Virus record (IMG/VR): IMGVR_UViG_3300005573_000061
Length of the DNA: 64,000 bases
DNA from: an uncultured virus (IMG/VR IMGVR_UViG_3300005573_000061)
Lineage: Duplodnaviria; Heunggongvirae; Uroviricota; Caudoviricetes
Reading direction: 5' to 3' (one strand)
Position numbers and translations under genes: made by a program
Notes under the pieces: model-generated
Told to the model about the DNA's origin: nothing
The model's input: the letters and a program-made list of their open reading frames with translations, nothing else
Databases searched by the model: none
Shown here: positions 48,504 to 59,208 of the stretch, in pieces
Position numbering within the stretch: position 1 is the stretch's first letter
Layout of the letters: every line of letters starts with the position of its first letter

Positions 48504-50087
48504 ATGACCACGTACAAGACACCCCCTTTTGAATTACACCCATTTCAATGGCACATAATCGAAGATGCTATCCAGTCCACATCCAAGATCATGGGAGCTG
48601 ACTGTGGGATGGGCAAGGGGGTTATGTCGATTTTCGTAGCCTGCTGGCTGTACGACAATGGACTTATTGATCATATTCTACTGGAGTGCGAAAAGAATAA
48701 ATTCAATGAGTGGAAGAGCGAGCTAGCCAGATATTCCACATTTAGTGTTGCGTACCTAGATACACCCAAGGGGAGAGACGAAGCTTTCGCTAATCCACCA
48801 GAGGTGCTTTTGGGAGTCTACGAGACAGTCCGAAACTACGCCTCAGAGCTAGCTGTAAAATCCGTAGAGGGCCGGGAACGCAAATCATGGGTGACAGGAC
48901 CCCTTACCGAATCTTTGGCCGGGAAAAGAATTTTGTGGATCGCTGATGAGGGTCCAGCGAAGCTGGGTGCTAGTCGATCCTCAGCAATCTACAAATCCCA
49001 TGAAAAGATGTTAAAAGATTTGCGTAAAGCTGGGTCTGTGAGGGCTCTGTCGTTGACAGCCACTTACATCAACCGGGACCCTCTTGGGTTTATAAACTTT
49101 TGTAGATTGATGGATCCCCACATATTTCCCCGAATTGTCCAGGCCGAAGAAGAGCACGTGGTCAAAGACCAATTCAACAATCCGATATTTTTTAAAAACT
49201 TAGACGAAAACGATACTCCTGCTGGGCAGAAATCCCTAAAAGAGAAAACATCTCATTTAATCATTTTCAAACGTAAGACCGACCCAGATGTAATTCATTT
49301 ATTTCCGAAGATTGAACCATCGTTTGAGTATGTTAGAATGGGGAATCTTCAACGAGATTTTTATAATGCAGTCCTAAAGAAGGCAAAGCAGTCTTCGGCT
49401 TTTGAGGGAGCCAATTTCTTTTCTGTTTTACGTATGATTGCGGCCCACCCGTATTCTGTGGTACGCTCGGTTGATAACGCCATCGCTGGCAAGAAGGATC
49501 CACCCGCACTTTCCAAATATTTAGTAGACACTTTAGGAAGAGATACTTTAGCGGTAATTCCATCAGCTAAGGTTGATCGTTTGATTGAAATTATTCAAAG
49601 CTCTGACGAGCCAGCGGTGGTGTTTACCTTCTTTGGTCAATCTGTACTCCCATTGATCCACCAGGAATTTGAAAAGAATGATATTAAAACGTCGATCAAC
49701 CACGGAAGCCTTAATTATACCCAAAGGGTCAGCGCTCAGTCAGATTTTAACTCAGGCAGAACTCAGGTCTTTCTTACTTCGGACGCTGGAGCAAGAGGAA
49801 TCAACCTGCCAGCAGCAGGCAGAGTATTTAACTTTGATGTTCCTCTCACATATGCAAACTGGTGGCAACGGGTCAATAGAGCTAATCGATTGGACTCACA
49901 GAAAGCTTCCACTAATATCATAGATATGGTGGTACAGGATTCTATCGAAGAGGGGATTTTGGAATTGGGATTGAAGCGGCACGCTTGGTCTGATTCTTTA
50001 ACCCCCGAAGATGAGGATTCTCCAGACTATCTATCGGCAGCACAAAGACGAGAAATAATGAATTTTACAAAGGACATAAATGGCTGA
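48504..50087 (+). CDS. SNF2-like (SF2) helicase/ATPase
   Basis: LHPFQ, ADCGMGKG, IADEG, LTAT, SAK, RGINL, QRVNRANR; start uncertain (48465-48504). Confidence 0.85.
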   Translation: MTTYKTPPFELHPFQWHIIEDAIQSTSKIMGADCGMGKGVMSIFVACWLYDNGLIDHILLECEKNKFNEWKSELARYSTFSVAYLDTPKGRDEAFANPPEVLLGVYETVRNYASELAVKSVEGRERKSWVTGPLTESLAGKRILWIADEGPAKLGASRSSAIYKSHEKMLKDLRKAGSVRALSLTATYINRDPLGFINFCRLMDPHIFPRIVQAEEEHVVKDQFNNPIFFKNLDENDTPAGQKSLKEKTSHLIIFKRKTDPDVIHLFPKIEPSFEYVRMGNLQRDFYNAVLKKAKQSSAFEGANFFSVLRMIAAHPYSVVRSVDNAIAGKKDPPALSKYLVDTLGRDTLAVIPSAKVDRLIEIIQSSDEPAVVFTFFGQSVLPLIHQEFEKNDIKTSINHGSLNYTQRVSAQSDFNSGRTQVFLTSDAGARGINLPAAGRVFNFDVPLTYANWWQRVNRANRLDSQKASTNIIDMVVQDSIEEGILELGLKRHAWSDSLTPEDEDSPDYLSAAQRREIMNFTKDING

Positions 50088-50427
50088 GCATCTTTTTTCC
50101 TATCTAGATGAAAATTTTGAAGAATTGATTGAGGAGATTGCCCCTCGGGAGAACCTGAAATACTTATATGAGTTTCAGATTGCTCCTACCCAGCAAGGTC
50201 CCCAACCTATCATTTTGTTTGTATTGACTGCCCCTTCCGGCGTGCTAGGTCAAGAGGTTTTGTCGATTCGTCCTATGCCTTTAGCTTTGGCATCGAACCC
50301 AGATGCCATCAAGTCTTTGCTTCGGGATATATGGGCAGAGATGCAAGCCCAGCGTGCTGATGTGTTGGGGCAAAATCATGATAATGCAATTGATGTAAAT
50401 TCCAAGTTGATCGTTCCGGGGAAATAA
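50080..50427 (+). CDS. Hypothetical protein
   Basis: 115 aa, SD AAGGA, overlaps helicase stop. Confidence 0.65.
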   Translation: MAEHLFSYLDENFEELIEEIAPRENLKYLYEFQIAPTQQGPQPIILFVLTAPSGVLGQEVLSIRPMPLALASNPDAIKSLLRDIWAEMQAQRADVLGQNHDNAIDVNSKLIVPGK

Positions 50428-50431
50428 GTAA

Positions 50432-50797
50432 ATGGAAATAGTCAACGGGGAACAAGAGCTTCGGGAAATTATCCACAACTATCTAGAAGAATCTTTCAAA
50501 GATGAGCCGGGTAAAATTTCATACAGCGTTACTCTAATCAATAGTACCCATCTATGTAGAAACCACGGCATAGAGATTACCCCGTGTTATAGGGTTGCTA
50601 TTTTCTTTAATACTCAAGATGAAACGGAAGCAGTTTTTAGAGCCGATGATATATTTGATGTTGTACTAGCGCATCAACAGATTGTTGAATGGTTAGATGA
50701 CATTGTGGATTCCTATCGAATCGGTAGTTTGGAGTTGTCTCTTTTACATTCTGATCAAACCCATGATTATTACGATCAGGAAGATACTGATAATTAG
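50432..50797 (+). CDS. Hypothetical protein
   Basis: 121 aa, converges on the tail gene. Confidence 0.6.
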   Translation: MEIVNGEQELREIIHNYLEESFKDEPGKISYSVTLINSTHLCRNHGIEITPCYRVAIFFNTQDETEAVFRADDIFDVVLAHQQIVEWLDDIVDSYRIGSLELSLLHSDQTHDYYDQEDTDN

Positions 50798-53700
50798 GTA
50801 GTAGTTACGCTACTGGCGCTCACTGATGCTGTAAGGGTTATAGTGCCCAAAGGTGGGTATATCTGAGTCTCTTCGTGACCCTGGACAATCTGTCCCACTA
50901 TAGCTTGGTCATCATTGACACCGATTCGGTAGTAAGAAATCGTATCCTTGAATCCGGCACCGATATCGCTCGTAACAATTCTGGTGAAGTGACCATTTAT
51001 GTGGTTTGCTACATCCGAGAAGTTAAAGCTATCAAACGTGTTGGCGATCTTATGGATAATAGAAGATGCTGAATCCAAGAATGAGCCGCTAATTGTTTCA
51101 CTTTCAACAGCATTGATAAATTGGCTGAACTGGTTAGTAACTACACCGTCAGGGAACAAATTAGGAGATTGCTGATAGCCAAGGAACCACCATTTTGGAA
51201 TAGGCAAATTCCAAGTTTGGAATACTGGGTCATCGAAAATATCCGGAAGCGTATCTGCTGGATTTACATTAGGTCCGCTCATAATTGGGTGAACTACTCT
51301 ATTGAGTTTATTGGCATAGAGCGGACGCATTTGTAGATACGTCACATACATGTTGTTTCTAAAACAGGTAGCTCTCCAAATAAGCTGGTTACCAGGCAAC
51401 GGAAACGTCAAGCTTCCACGAGGATTATTGCGAACGCCTGTTGCTTGATAGAAGGTAACTCCACCATCGTTGGAGAATTCCCAAACGATTGACTCATCAA
51501 ACACGGATAATCTGTTGATTTCAACGATATCGCTGGATTCACCTTTTTGCACCACAGCTACCATCAAAACATCACTCACGGTAGAGTTGGGTACCGAGCC
51601 AATATCATATACATCATAATATTCAGTAATCTGATTTTCAGCTAGACCAGTAATTTCAGATTCCCAAATTGGATTTCCAGTAATAGTATCAATTAGCTGA
51701 AGGTACCAAGGATTAGTAATTGGGGTTAGAGGCACCATGCGAATAGCTACCCACGCTCTACCTGCGGGAGAAAGAATGAGCCCACCATTAGCCAATCCAC
51801 CTGCACCATATCCAAGTGAATCAGAGCTATGATTATTACCCAAAATGAGATGTTCTGGTTGGTGAATGTCACCAATTTGGTATGGATCCTGGGCGTTTTC
51901 TTGAGCAATATTGATGCGACGAGAAATGATGATACTGCTATTGATTGAATTGTAACTCAGGTTAGATGGACCCACATCTCCCACAGCATGCCAAGTAGAC
52001 GTATCAGTCCAATTGTTTTGTTGTAGCGACGTAGCAATAAACGAATCGTCAGTTACGCACTGATATGGTTCGCTTTGCTGCGTAGCAAATTGAACGCCCG
52101 TCACATCGGTATAAGAAAAATAGGTTTGGGACTGAGCCACTACAGGCAAAAGATTTGATTGTGAGGGTGCGGGAGAGATAAGCATTCCTTCTTGCTGATC
52201 CCAACTATTTGATTCAATATGAGAATTGTCGTAAAAATGTTCTTTGTAAACATCGGTATCATATTCGGCAGAGATGTTGGTCAAACTCAAAGCAATCTGT
52301 TTGAATCCACAGAAGTATGAAACTTTGTTTACCGGCGCTATAGACGAAGTAACATATGTCATAGGAGCAATACCGTCTGTCATGGGAGCAGATTGGCCCT
52401 GATGATAATCTGAATATGAATAGGCAGGAGACTGGGCTAATGCCTGTGCATATTCAGGATCTCTAGCTACCATTACTCCCATTGAGCTAGTGGTTAGAGT
52501 GTTGGCTGTAGTAGATGGAGGGGTGGGAGATGTTTGTGAATATGGATAAGGGCTCTGTCCCAAATTACTATTCAACAAAGTAGCAAACCCGGGGGGATTG
52601 CTGCCAGGATTTCCAGGTGTAGCAATGCCAGGAGAGATTGCTCCATCGGTAAATGTATTTACCGATCGACTAACTGGCATAAATCCTTCGTATTGTTCAG
52701 CAGCAAGATTGGTCATCTCAAATCGAATGAAAGATGCACGGATTGGCTCAATAGAGATATTACCCTTTGTTAGTACAAAGTCACCCGGGATTGGGGTCCA
52801 ATTAATATTTGGATAGAAAGAGGTAGGACCGCCTACCATCCCGGTTGGATTCAAATCAGTAACAAAGTTAGAGTTATAACGCAAAACTGCGTTGTTTGTG
52901 TTGTCTTGTGTGTACACCGAATAGTATTCGCCCTTGTAGGTGTAAGAAGAAGGATCGGTAAAGAAACTATTGATAGTGTAATTATTGAGAGTTTCGTTCT
53001 TAAGTACAAGGTTGTACAGAAGCATTCCTGAAGTAGAAGGTGCTGTTACATTAGCATCATTGATTCCACCGATGGTGATATAAGTGCTCAGTGGTGTAAG
53101 ATCAGATTCAGCGCTTGGAGCAGCAAAGAACTGGTTGACGATAGCGTTTGATCCGATTTGGAAAGACAAGAACCATCCAGCAGATGTGCATCCAGCTACC
53201 AGGGTGATATGAGATCCTAAAGGCAAAATAGCCGGTACAGTTACTTGGTTTCCAGCCGATGGGCTGATGGCAAACCATTGGTTACCATAATCGTAATAAA
53301 CGACGGTACCCTCAAGATCGATCAGAGGAATAATGCCAGTTTCATCGGTGGCATTAGAGATAAATTCTAATCCTACCCACCAATCGGCATTGGGGTTATA
53401 TTGCACCGCTGAATTCTGTATAGAGATATCTCCCAATGTTCCTGTACTTTGAGGAAATTGAAGACCTGTCCCAGTATCATAAACATTTCCCGAAATTATA
53501 GCAATGGGAGCGGTCAATGAGGTATCGTTTGCCTCATTGGTGGTTGATGGGATGACCGGATCATTACTCCAATACAAAGTTGCGTGGACTCCAATATGGG
53601 TGGGGTCCACATAGATAGTATCAATTTGTTGAGCGTTTCCATTACCATCTCTTGTATCAATAACATAATTGACTACAGCATTAACTATTGGCTGCGGCTC

Positions 53701-55578
53701 ACATCTCCACTGGGTGGGACTATTTTGTATTGGCCCATTGGGGGATTCACTGTAAAGCTTGTAGGTAACGGTGCGACCAAGAATGTCAGTAGATGAATCA
53801 AGGGCTGTTCCAGTAGGAGCAATCGGTAAATCATTGGCCGAATTGATCTGAAAGCCTACCTTGAAATCACGCAAACCTAGAGAGTAAGGTTGAGGAGCTA
53901 CAATCTGACTGAAATTACCATTAGCATCTGGATACATAGTGGTAAATTCTGTGACTGGAGGAATTCCTTGGATACGTTGCAGAACCACACGGCATCGCTG
54001 AAAATTCACAGGAGGGAATTTAAAGGCCATGTTATCCCAGTGGCCCTCTCCTTGGTGTTGAGGGTGGACCTTGTTTTTTAGAGCCTCCTCAGCGTTTGGT
54101 AGCACGTATGGTACAGAATCATAAATGGACGTAGATCCTGCATCTACCCACACTAAATTATTTGGATCAAAATACTGGAATACAATATTTTGTGGGAAGT
54201 GCGCTACATCAAAAGATACGATGTTGGCAACGTGCTGGTTACCCATGCGGAATTCGATAATATCTAGGGTAGGATCATCCATGTTTCTGTTGTCGGTAGA
54301 CCAGAAATTAAGATTATTATTGATGCCAGCTTGAGTTACAGTGCGATTGGTATTTGTTTGGATAGCCTGGATAAGTTGCGCCGCAGACATTCCATCGAAA
54401 TAGAGATCCGATACACTAGGGTTGACAGTGTTGGTACCCGCTCCAGAAAGTACATTGATGCTCATAACGCCATCCAGTGAGTAGCGACTGAGAGCAGTTT
54501 GCCATCCTGGCATAATGGCGTGGTTTGGAGAAAAGCTGGTAGTAGAGCCATCCGCCCATTGAATTTGCTGGTAATCAATGTCACCAATCAAATTGAAATT
54601 CTCGGTATTAGAATAAGATAAACTTCCAATAATGAAGCTGTTATAATACCATTGTTCACCGATATATGAGTTGAATGGTGGTTGTAGATGAGGTGTGCTT
54701 ACTCCATTGATTATCACGTCCGATTCTATTTCCCAATAGCTAGAATCTGCCCACGCATTTTGTAATGGGATGTTATAAACTGGATCTATGATTCCCCCGA
54801 CATTAATGGTGTATACAGTATTAGCGGGCTTGAGGACATCTAACACCAACTTGAGATTGTAGGCATCTACCACCCCAATAGACTCTAAAGGTGAGATAAT
54901 GAACTGATTGTTGATGAGAGAGTTTGATACGCCTTCGGTTCTGCCCTCTAATTCACCGAAGGTGAAGGTATCCATCGTTCCGAAGGTATAATTACTATCA
55001 AAGTATCCGAATGTTTGACCCTGCTGTGCTGCATACACAAAACTCTCTTGCACTACGCAGGGAATTCCTAGGATCGCCTCGGAAATCAAACGAATTCCTA
55101 AGGCTGACGGGGCATATCCGATCGATCTTGCAAAATTGAATAAACGAGCCTTATAGGATACATCAGCCTGCTGAAGGGTGCGCCAATCGGACTGACTTAA
55201 AATATCTTTAGTTGGATCAACGATGCTACCATTGATTAATAATTGCTCTGAGGGAGTACGTTGAATTCCGAATACGAACCCGTAAAAACTATCTAAATCA
55301 TAAAAGCTAGATGACTGTAAAGTCTGAGATAGACGACTACGATTCAAACGCTTAAGTAGCTGGCCCACCCCAGCATCACCAAGGATGGTGCGCATAAATT
55401 TCACCAAATGACTGGTGGGCTGAAGATTATAGACTTGTGGAGGAAAATTAGAAAACTGCGATCCAGTTTGAATTACATTAACTAAAGGAGCAGTAACGGT
55501 ATCTAGGTTAGCGGTAGCTACAGATCCACTCTGTGTTACAATCTGTTGTATCTCGCCGGGGCTAGTTGTAAGACTCAT
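50794..55578 (-). CDS. Large baseplate/tail structural protein
   Basis: 1594 aa; N-terminal wedge-like segment (LDSFYG..FG..R, YKARL, VLKPANT), beta-rich remainder; follows baseplate J. Confidence 0.75.
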   Translation of the reverse strand: MSLTTSPGEIQQIVTQSGSVATANLDTVTAPLVNVIQTGSQFSNFPPQVYNLQPTSHLVKFMRTILGDAGVGQLLKRLNRSRLSQTLQSSSFYDLDSFYGFVFGIQRTPSEQLLINGSIVDPTKDILSQSDWRTLQQADVSYKARLFNFARSIGYAPSALGIRLISEAILGIPCVVQESFVYAAQQGQTFGYFDSNYTFGTMDTFTFGELEGRTEGVSNSLINNQFIISPLESIGVVDAYNLKLVLDVLKPANTVYTINVGGIIDPVYNIPLQNAWADSSYWEIESDVIINGVSTPHLQPPFNSYIGEQWYYNSFIIGSLSYSNTENFNLIGDIDYQQIQWADGSTTSFSPNHAIMPGWQTALSRYSLDGVMSINVLSGAGTNTVNPSVSDLYFDGMSAAQLIQAIQTNTNRTVTQAGINNNLNFWSTDNRNMDDPTLDIIEFRMGNQHVANIVSFDVAHFPQNIVFQYFDPNNLVWVDAGSTSIYDSVPYVLPNAEEALKNKVHPQHQGEGHWDNMAFKFPPVNFQRCRVVLQRIQGIPPVTEFTTMYPDANGNFSQIVAPQPYSLGLRDFKVGFQINSANDLPIAPTGTALDSSTDILGRTVTYKLYSESPNGPIQNSPTQWRCEPQPIVNAVVNYVIDTRDGNGNAQQIDTIYVDPTHIGVHATLYWSNDPVIPSTTNEANDTSLTAPIAIISGNVYDTGTGLQFPQSTGTLGDISIQNSAVQYNPNADWWVGLEFISNATDETGIIPLIDLEGTVVYYDYGNQWFAISPSAGNQVTVPAILPLGSHITLVAGCTSAGWFLSFQIGSNAIVNQFFAAPSAESDLTPLSTYITIGGINDANVTAPSTSGMLLYNLVLKNETLNNYTINSFFTDPSSYTYKGEYYSVYTQDNTNNAVLRYNSNFVTDLNPTGMVGGPTSFYPNINWTPIPGDFVLTKGNISIEPIRASFIRFEMTNLAAEQYEGFMPVSRSVNTFTDGAISPGIATPGNPGSNPPGFATLLNSNLGQSPYPYSQTSPTPPSTTANTLTTSSMGVMVARDPEYAQALAQSPAYSYSDYHQGQSAPMTDGIAPMTYVTSSIAPVNKVSYFCGFKQIALSLTNISAEYDTDVYKEHFYDNSHIESNSWDQQEGMLISPAPSQSNLLPVVAQSQTYFSYTDVTGVQFATQQSEPYQCVTDDSFIATSLQQNNWTDTSTWHAVGDVGPSNLSYNSINSSIIISRRINIAQENAQDPYQIGDIHQPEHLILGNNHSSDSLGYGAGGLANGGLILSPAGRAWVAIRMVPLTPITNPWYLQLIDTITGNPIWESEITGLAENQITEYYDVYDIGSVPNSTVSDVLMVAVVQKGESSDIVEINRLSVFDESIVWEFSNDGGVTFYQATGVRNNPRGSLTFPLPGNQLIWRATCFRNNMYVTYLQMRPLYANKLNRVVHPIMSGPNVNPADTLPDIFDDPVFQTWNLPIPKWWFLGYQQSPNLFPDGVVTNQFSQFINAVESETISGSFLDSASSIIHKIANTFDSFNFSDVANHINGHFTRIVTSDIGAGFKDTISYYRIGVNDDQAIVGQIVQGHEETQIYPPLGTITLTASVSASSVTTT

Positions 55579-58023
55579 TTAGGCTCCATTTTGGAACGTG
55601 TTAGCTGCTCTCAAGATTAAATTAACTCCATTGAGCACAGGCAACGTATCGTCATTTAGTCTTATGTCCGTTGCTCGGCTAATAGACCCCACCGTCCCAC
55701 TGTTGGTTGAGTAAGTTTCAACCAGTGCTCCCGCAGATGTAAATTCTTGAATTGCATAGTTTGACGCATCATCAGCCGATGTAGCAAATCGTACTGATTG
55801 AATACCAGGAACTGGACCCACCGCACTGAGAATGGCAGATGTAGAAACGATGCCATCAAAACCAATGGAGTTAAAAACTGCTTGGATAGCAGATTCTACC
55901 AATGATTGTACTGAAGAAATGGTACTCCCTGATCCCAGCACCACCACAAGATTGACAACAAAGTAAATTAGAATAGCTTGATGGACCCATACATCACTAG
56001 TGATCATGCGCCATCCCTGAAGAGCGGTTTCAATTTCACTGGGTAAAGCGTTATAGTCATAGCTCAAATTTATGAGTGAATTGGCTGGTGGGAGAGCGGG
56101 GGCAGAAACGGGGGATGTGGTAAATTCAATTCCAGAATAACTATGAGCGGTACCACCCTGAGCGGTTATATCGTTGACCAACCAATAATCTACGCCCAGA
56201 TAATAAGTTTGGGCTCCCACATCGCTAGCTTGGCCCTGGTCGGTCGAAACAAGAATGCCACCAATTGTTTGGTAGCTGGAGCTAGTGACTGGCGTTCCAC
56301 CCGAACTAGCGATAGAAATTTGAGAAGGTAATTCAGTGACCGGGGTAAATCCAAGAGGAATAAAGTAGTTGCCTGAAACAGGGTTACTTCCGTCCGGTCG
56401 CTTAAAATTCTGCACATAATACGGGCTAGTGGTTGAATTATTGAACGCTATATTTGTAGTGAATGGAATCGTTTGCGTAGCCTGCTGAATATCATTACCG
56501 GCTACATAAATGTCTACTTTGTTTATTACACCATTGGCTGGATCATTACGGCTACAAATGGGTGTGTAATCAAATTGAAATTCATAAATACCGTCTGGGA
56601 AATTTTTAGCATCAATTGAAGTTACAGTAGGAGCATATCCGCTTGTATTGGTAGATGGTTGAGCTTGCCCGTAGGAAGTAGGACCGACAGAGCCTCCCGA
56701 TGTGTATGCAGAGGTAACATTAGCGGTGATCTGAAAATTGGTTGCATTGATAACGGTTACAGTCCAGTTACCATTTGCTTGGGTAGCTCCTTCTACTCCT
56801 GATATGGTTGCTTGTTCACCGGTTACTAACCCATGAGGAGAAGATGTGGTAACAGTGGATGGGTTAGATTGAGTTATATTAGAAATGGCAGCGCTGGATA
56901 TTCCTTCATCATTCCACCCAGATGCCGTAGCAGGAACAATTGCCACTAATGTTTCAGATCCCGATACTGATCCTTCATAAATGTAGACCCATTGCGCACC
57001 GGCTCGTGCCACCCAGGTTAATTCGGCAGCACTACCGGCCGAAGCTATATCCACCGAAACGCTAGATGATGCAGAGCTTATTCCGGTTTCATTACCCCAA
57101 GCGATGCGATAATATCTCGTACCTGTATATGTTGCTGTTGCATTGGTCACCGAAGATACGGCAAAGTTATCCGGGGAGCTAGTGCTAGGTGCGCTCAATG
57201 CGTATGTATTTGGATTGATGGTATAGTTAACATTAGGCGTCAAAAGGTCCCCACCACTGATACTGGGACCAAACACATAATTTTGATCATAGATATATTT
57301 GGCGGATTGAACCTCTGATTGACCAGTCCCATTAATTACCTGTAATTGTTCATCCCATACTTTATAGGCACCTATCACGTTAGCCGCCGTGGTATTGGGG
57401 TTTTCTAGAGCCGTTCCCAAATACTGAGAAACTGTACCTGCTAAGTTACGGAATACGGTATTTTTGAATCTGTTAATTAGGGATTGGTCTGATTCAGCAT
57501 CATTGCCTCCCGAAGTAGCGGAGGTATTAGTAACTGCTGTGATACCATTGAGAGGGGTAGTGATAGCATTGATTTGATTAGCCTCTACATTGCCCGTAGA
57601 GCCAGCTACAGTTGCCACCACTGGCACATCTACACTCACAGATCCCAGTGATAATGTCGAGGTAGTAATTACGGTGAATTTAACTACAGGGCTACTATTA
57701 GTAGAAACTGTTGTGCCAGCTTGAATAGAGATAGCTTGGGTTGCTGGTGATGGTGTCGTAAAAGTGACTACACCGCTAGCTCTAGTAGCTGGAAATCTGG
57801 TAAAGCCAAATTCATTTACGAAATCATCTAGTGATGTTCCTGTCAGAGAAGAAATATCATACTGATTGTTTATAAAGTATTGATTGACATACGCAGACGA
57901 AAGCTGAGAAGAAAATTGATCAATTACCTTACGTAACGGCGTACCAATACTGGTATCCAAATTAGGCTCTGTGACCAATAGCCCTTGTGTTATTTGAGAA
58001 GCAATATCGGAAGCTGATGGCAT
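55579..58023 (-). CDS. Baseplate J-like wedge protein with inserted beta domains
   Basis: GTSLDD..NEFGFTR..AT.ASG.VTF, V.V.A.VAG..GN, SGGNDAESD..L..R. Confidence 0.9.
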   Translation of the reverse strand: MPSASDIASQITQGLLVTEPNLDTSIGTPLRKVIDQFSSQLSSAYVNQYFINNQYDISSLTGTSLDDFVNEFGFTRFPATRASGVVTFTTPSPATQAISIQAGTTVSTNSSPVVKFTVITTSTLSLGSVSVDVPVVATVAGSTGNVEANQINAITTPLNGITAVTNTSATSGGNDAESDQSLINRFKNTVFRNLAGTVSQYLGTALENPNTTAANVIGAYKVWDEQLQVINGTGQSEVQSAKYIYDQNYVFGPSISGGDLLTPNVNYTINPNTYALSAPSTSSPDNFAVSSVTNATATYTGTRYYRIAWGNETGISSASSSVSVDIASAGSAAELTWVARAGAQWVYIYEGSVSGSETLVAIVPATASGWNDEGISSAAISNITQSNPSTVTTSSPHGLVTGEQATISGVEGATQANGNWTVTVINATNFQITANVTSAYTSGGSVGPTSYGQAQPSTNTSGYAPTVTSIDAKNFPDGIYEFQFDYTPICSRNDPANGVINKVDIYVAGNDIQQATQTIPFTTNIAFNNSTTSPYYVQNFKRPDGSNPVSGNYFIPLGFTPVTELPSQISIASSGGTPVTSSSYQTIGGILVSTDQGQASDVGAQTYYLGVDYWLVNDITAQGGTAHSYSGIEFTTSPVSAPALPPANSLINLSYDYNALPSEIETALQGWRMITSDVWVHQAILIYFVVNLVVVLGSGSTISSVQSLVESAIQAVFNSIGFDGIVSTSAILSAVGPVPGIQSVRFATSADDASNYAIQEFTSAGALVETYSTNSGTVGSISRATDIRLNDDTLPVLNGVNLILRAANTFQNGA

Positions 58024-58026
58024 AGA

Positions 58027-58473
58027 TTACCCAATCGTGGTAGCGTTGCTGTTAGTATTTGTTTTCACAGATAGAACCGCACCGCTGCTAGTTTGAACAG
58101 ATACCGATGCTTGAATGGTGTCCCCATTTTGAGTTGCGTTGATAGAGTTGACACCAGAGATAATTTCATTGTCATTATATTGGTTGGCTAATCCTGCATT
58201 AGCTAGCGATTGCATTTTAGATTGTTGCACTGAAATGTAATTAGATACCAAACGATTCAATTCTGAGTTGACCAGGGTTGAAACATCTGATGTAGAAGCA
58301 TATCCCACAAAATTATTTATGATGCTTCCCCACCCAGGATGAAAGGGATCAGATCCATAAGGCTCCATAACAGCACAACTAAGATCCTGTACCACCTTTT
58401 TATTCCCAGTGAGGGTGGCAAACCCACCCGATCCTAATACTAAATCACCATTTGAAATTTGCCATGTATCCAT
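58027..58473 (-). CDS. Baseplate wedge protein (gp25/gp46-like)
   Basis: I.NGDL......A...G..K..QDL......YGS.PFHP.WGS; position before baseplate J. Confidence 0.8.
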   Translation of the reverse strand: MDTWQISNGDLVLGSGGFATLTGNKKVVQDLSCAVMEPYGSDPFHPGWGSIINNFVGYASTSDVSTLVNSELNRLVSNYISVQQSKMQSLANAGLANQYNDNEIISGVNSINATQNGDTIQASVSVQTSSGAVLSVKTNTNSNATTIG

Positions 58474-58488
58474 AACGCTCAGTTTATC

Positions 58489-59208
58489 CTAAATAATCGG
58501 TATACTCATAATTTCTAACTTACCATTCGTATAATTGGTGGAATTACCATTCAAAACCGAGATGGTTACTGTGTAGGTATGAGAACCGGGGGTAGTTGTT
58601 AGCTGTCCAAAATCGGCAATTGTGTCATAATCTCCCGCAAAAACACTTACTGCTTGTGGAGATATTTCTTTTCCATCTTCTAAAAAGACCGCATTATAGC
58701 TTACTGAGCCAGTAGTATTTGTGTTAACTAAACCTAAGCTGTAAGACCATCTAATATATGTATTGGTATCACAAGTGAGGGATAATGCGGTGACCCCTAT
58801 CGGAGTAGCGGTTCCTGTTCCTGTGGAAGTATATCCTAATGGATATGTTCCCCTTAACTCATTCCAATCTCCAGTAAACTTTAAGAAGCCTAAATCTTGA
58901 AGGGCTAAAACCACCCCTATAATGTCAGATGCTTGAGGCTCTACTTGCACCATCCGAGCGCCAAATGTCCAGGTTCCTCGATCCTTATTTAAAGTCCAGG
59001 TTTCTCCAACCTGAGGATATGCTCCAGACCCTACATATGTCGATACACCCACTTGACGTAGCACTTTGAATTGATCGACTGTGACAGCAATTCCTTTTGG
59101 ATCCGAATTGACATTGCCAGCCTGAGATTTGTCGATTCCCACAACATATGCCTGAACCGGGAAACCGGTCGTATTGATAAATTGTTGGGGGGTGCCGAGA
59201 GCTTTCAT
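58489..59208 (-). CDS. Putative baseplate spike or minor tail protein
   Basis: N-terminal OB-like segment (PQVGETW); position between hub and wedge genes. Confidence 0.5.
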   Translation of the reverse strand: MKALGTPQQFINTTGFPVQAYVVGIDKSQAGNVNSDPKGIAVTVDQFKVLRQVGVSTYVGSGAYPQVGETWTLNKDRGTWTFGARMVQVEPQASDIIGVVLALQDLGFLKFTGDWNELRGTYPLGYTSTGTGTATPIGVTALSLTCDTNTYIRWSYSLGLVNTNTTGSVSYNAVFLEDGKEISPQAVSVFAGDYDTIADFGQLTTTPGSHTYTVTISVLNGNSTNYTNGKLEIMSIPII

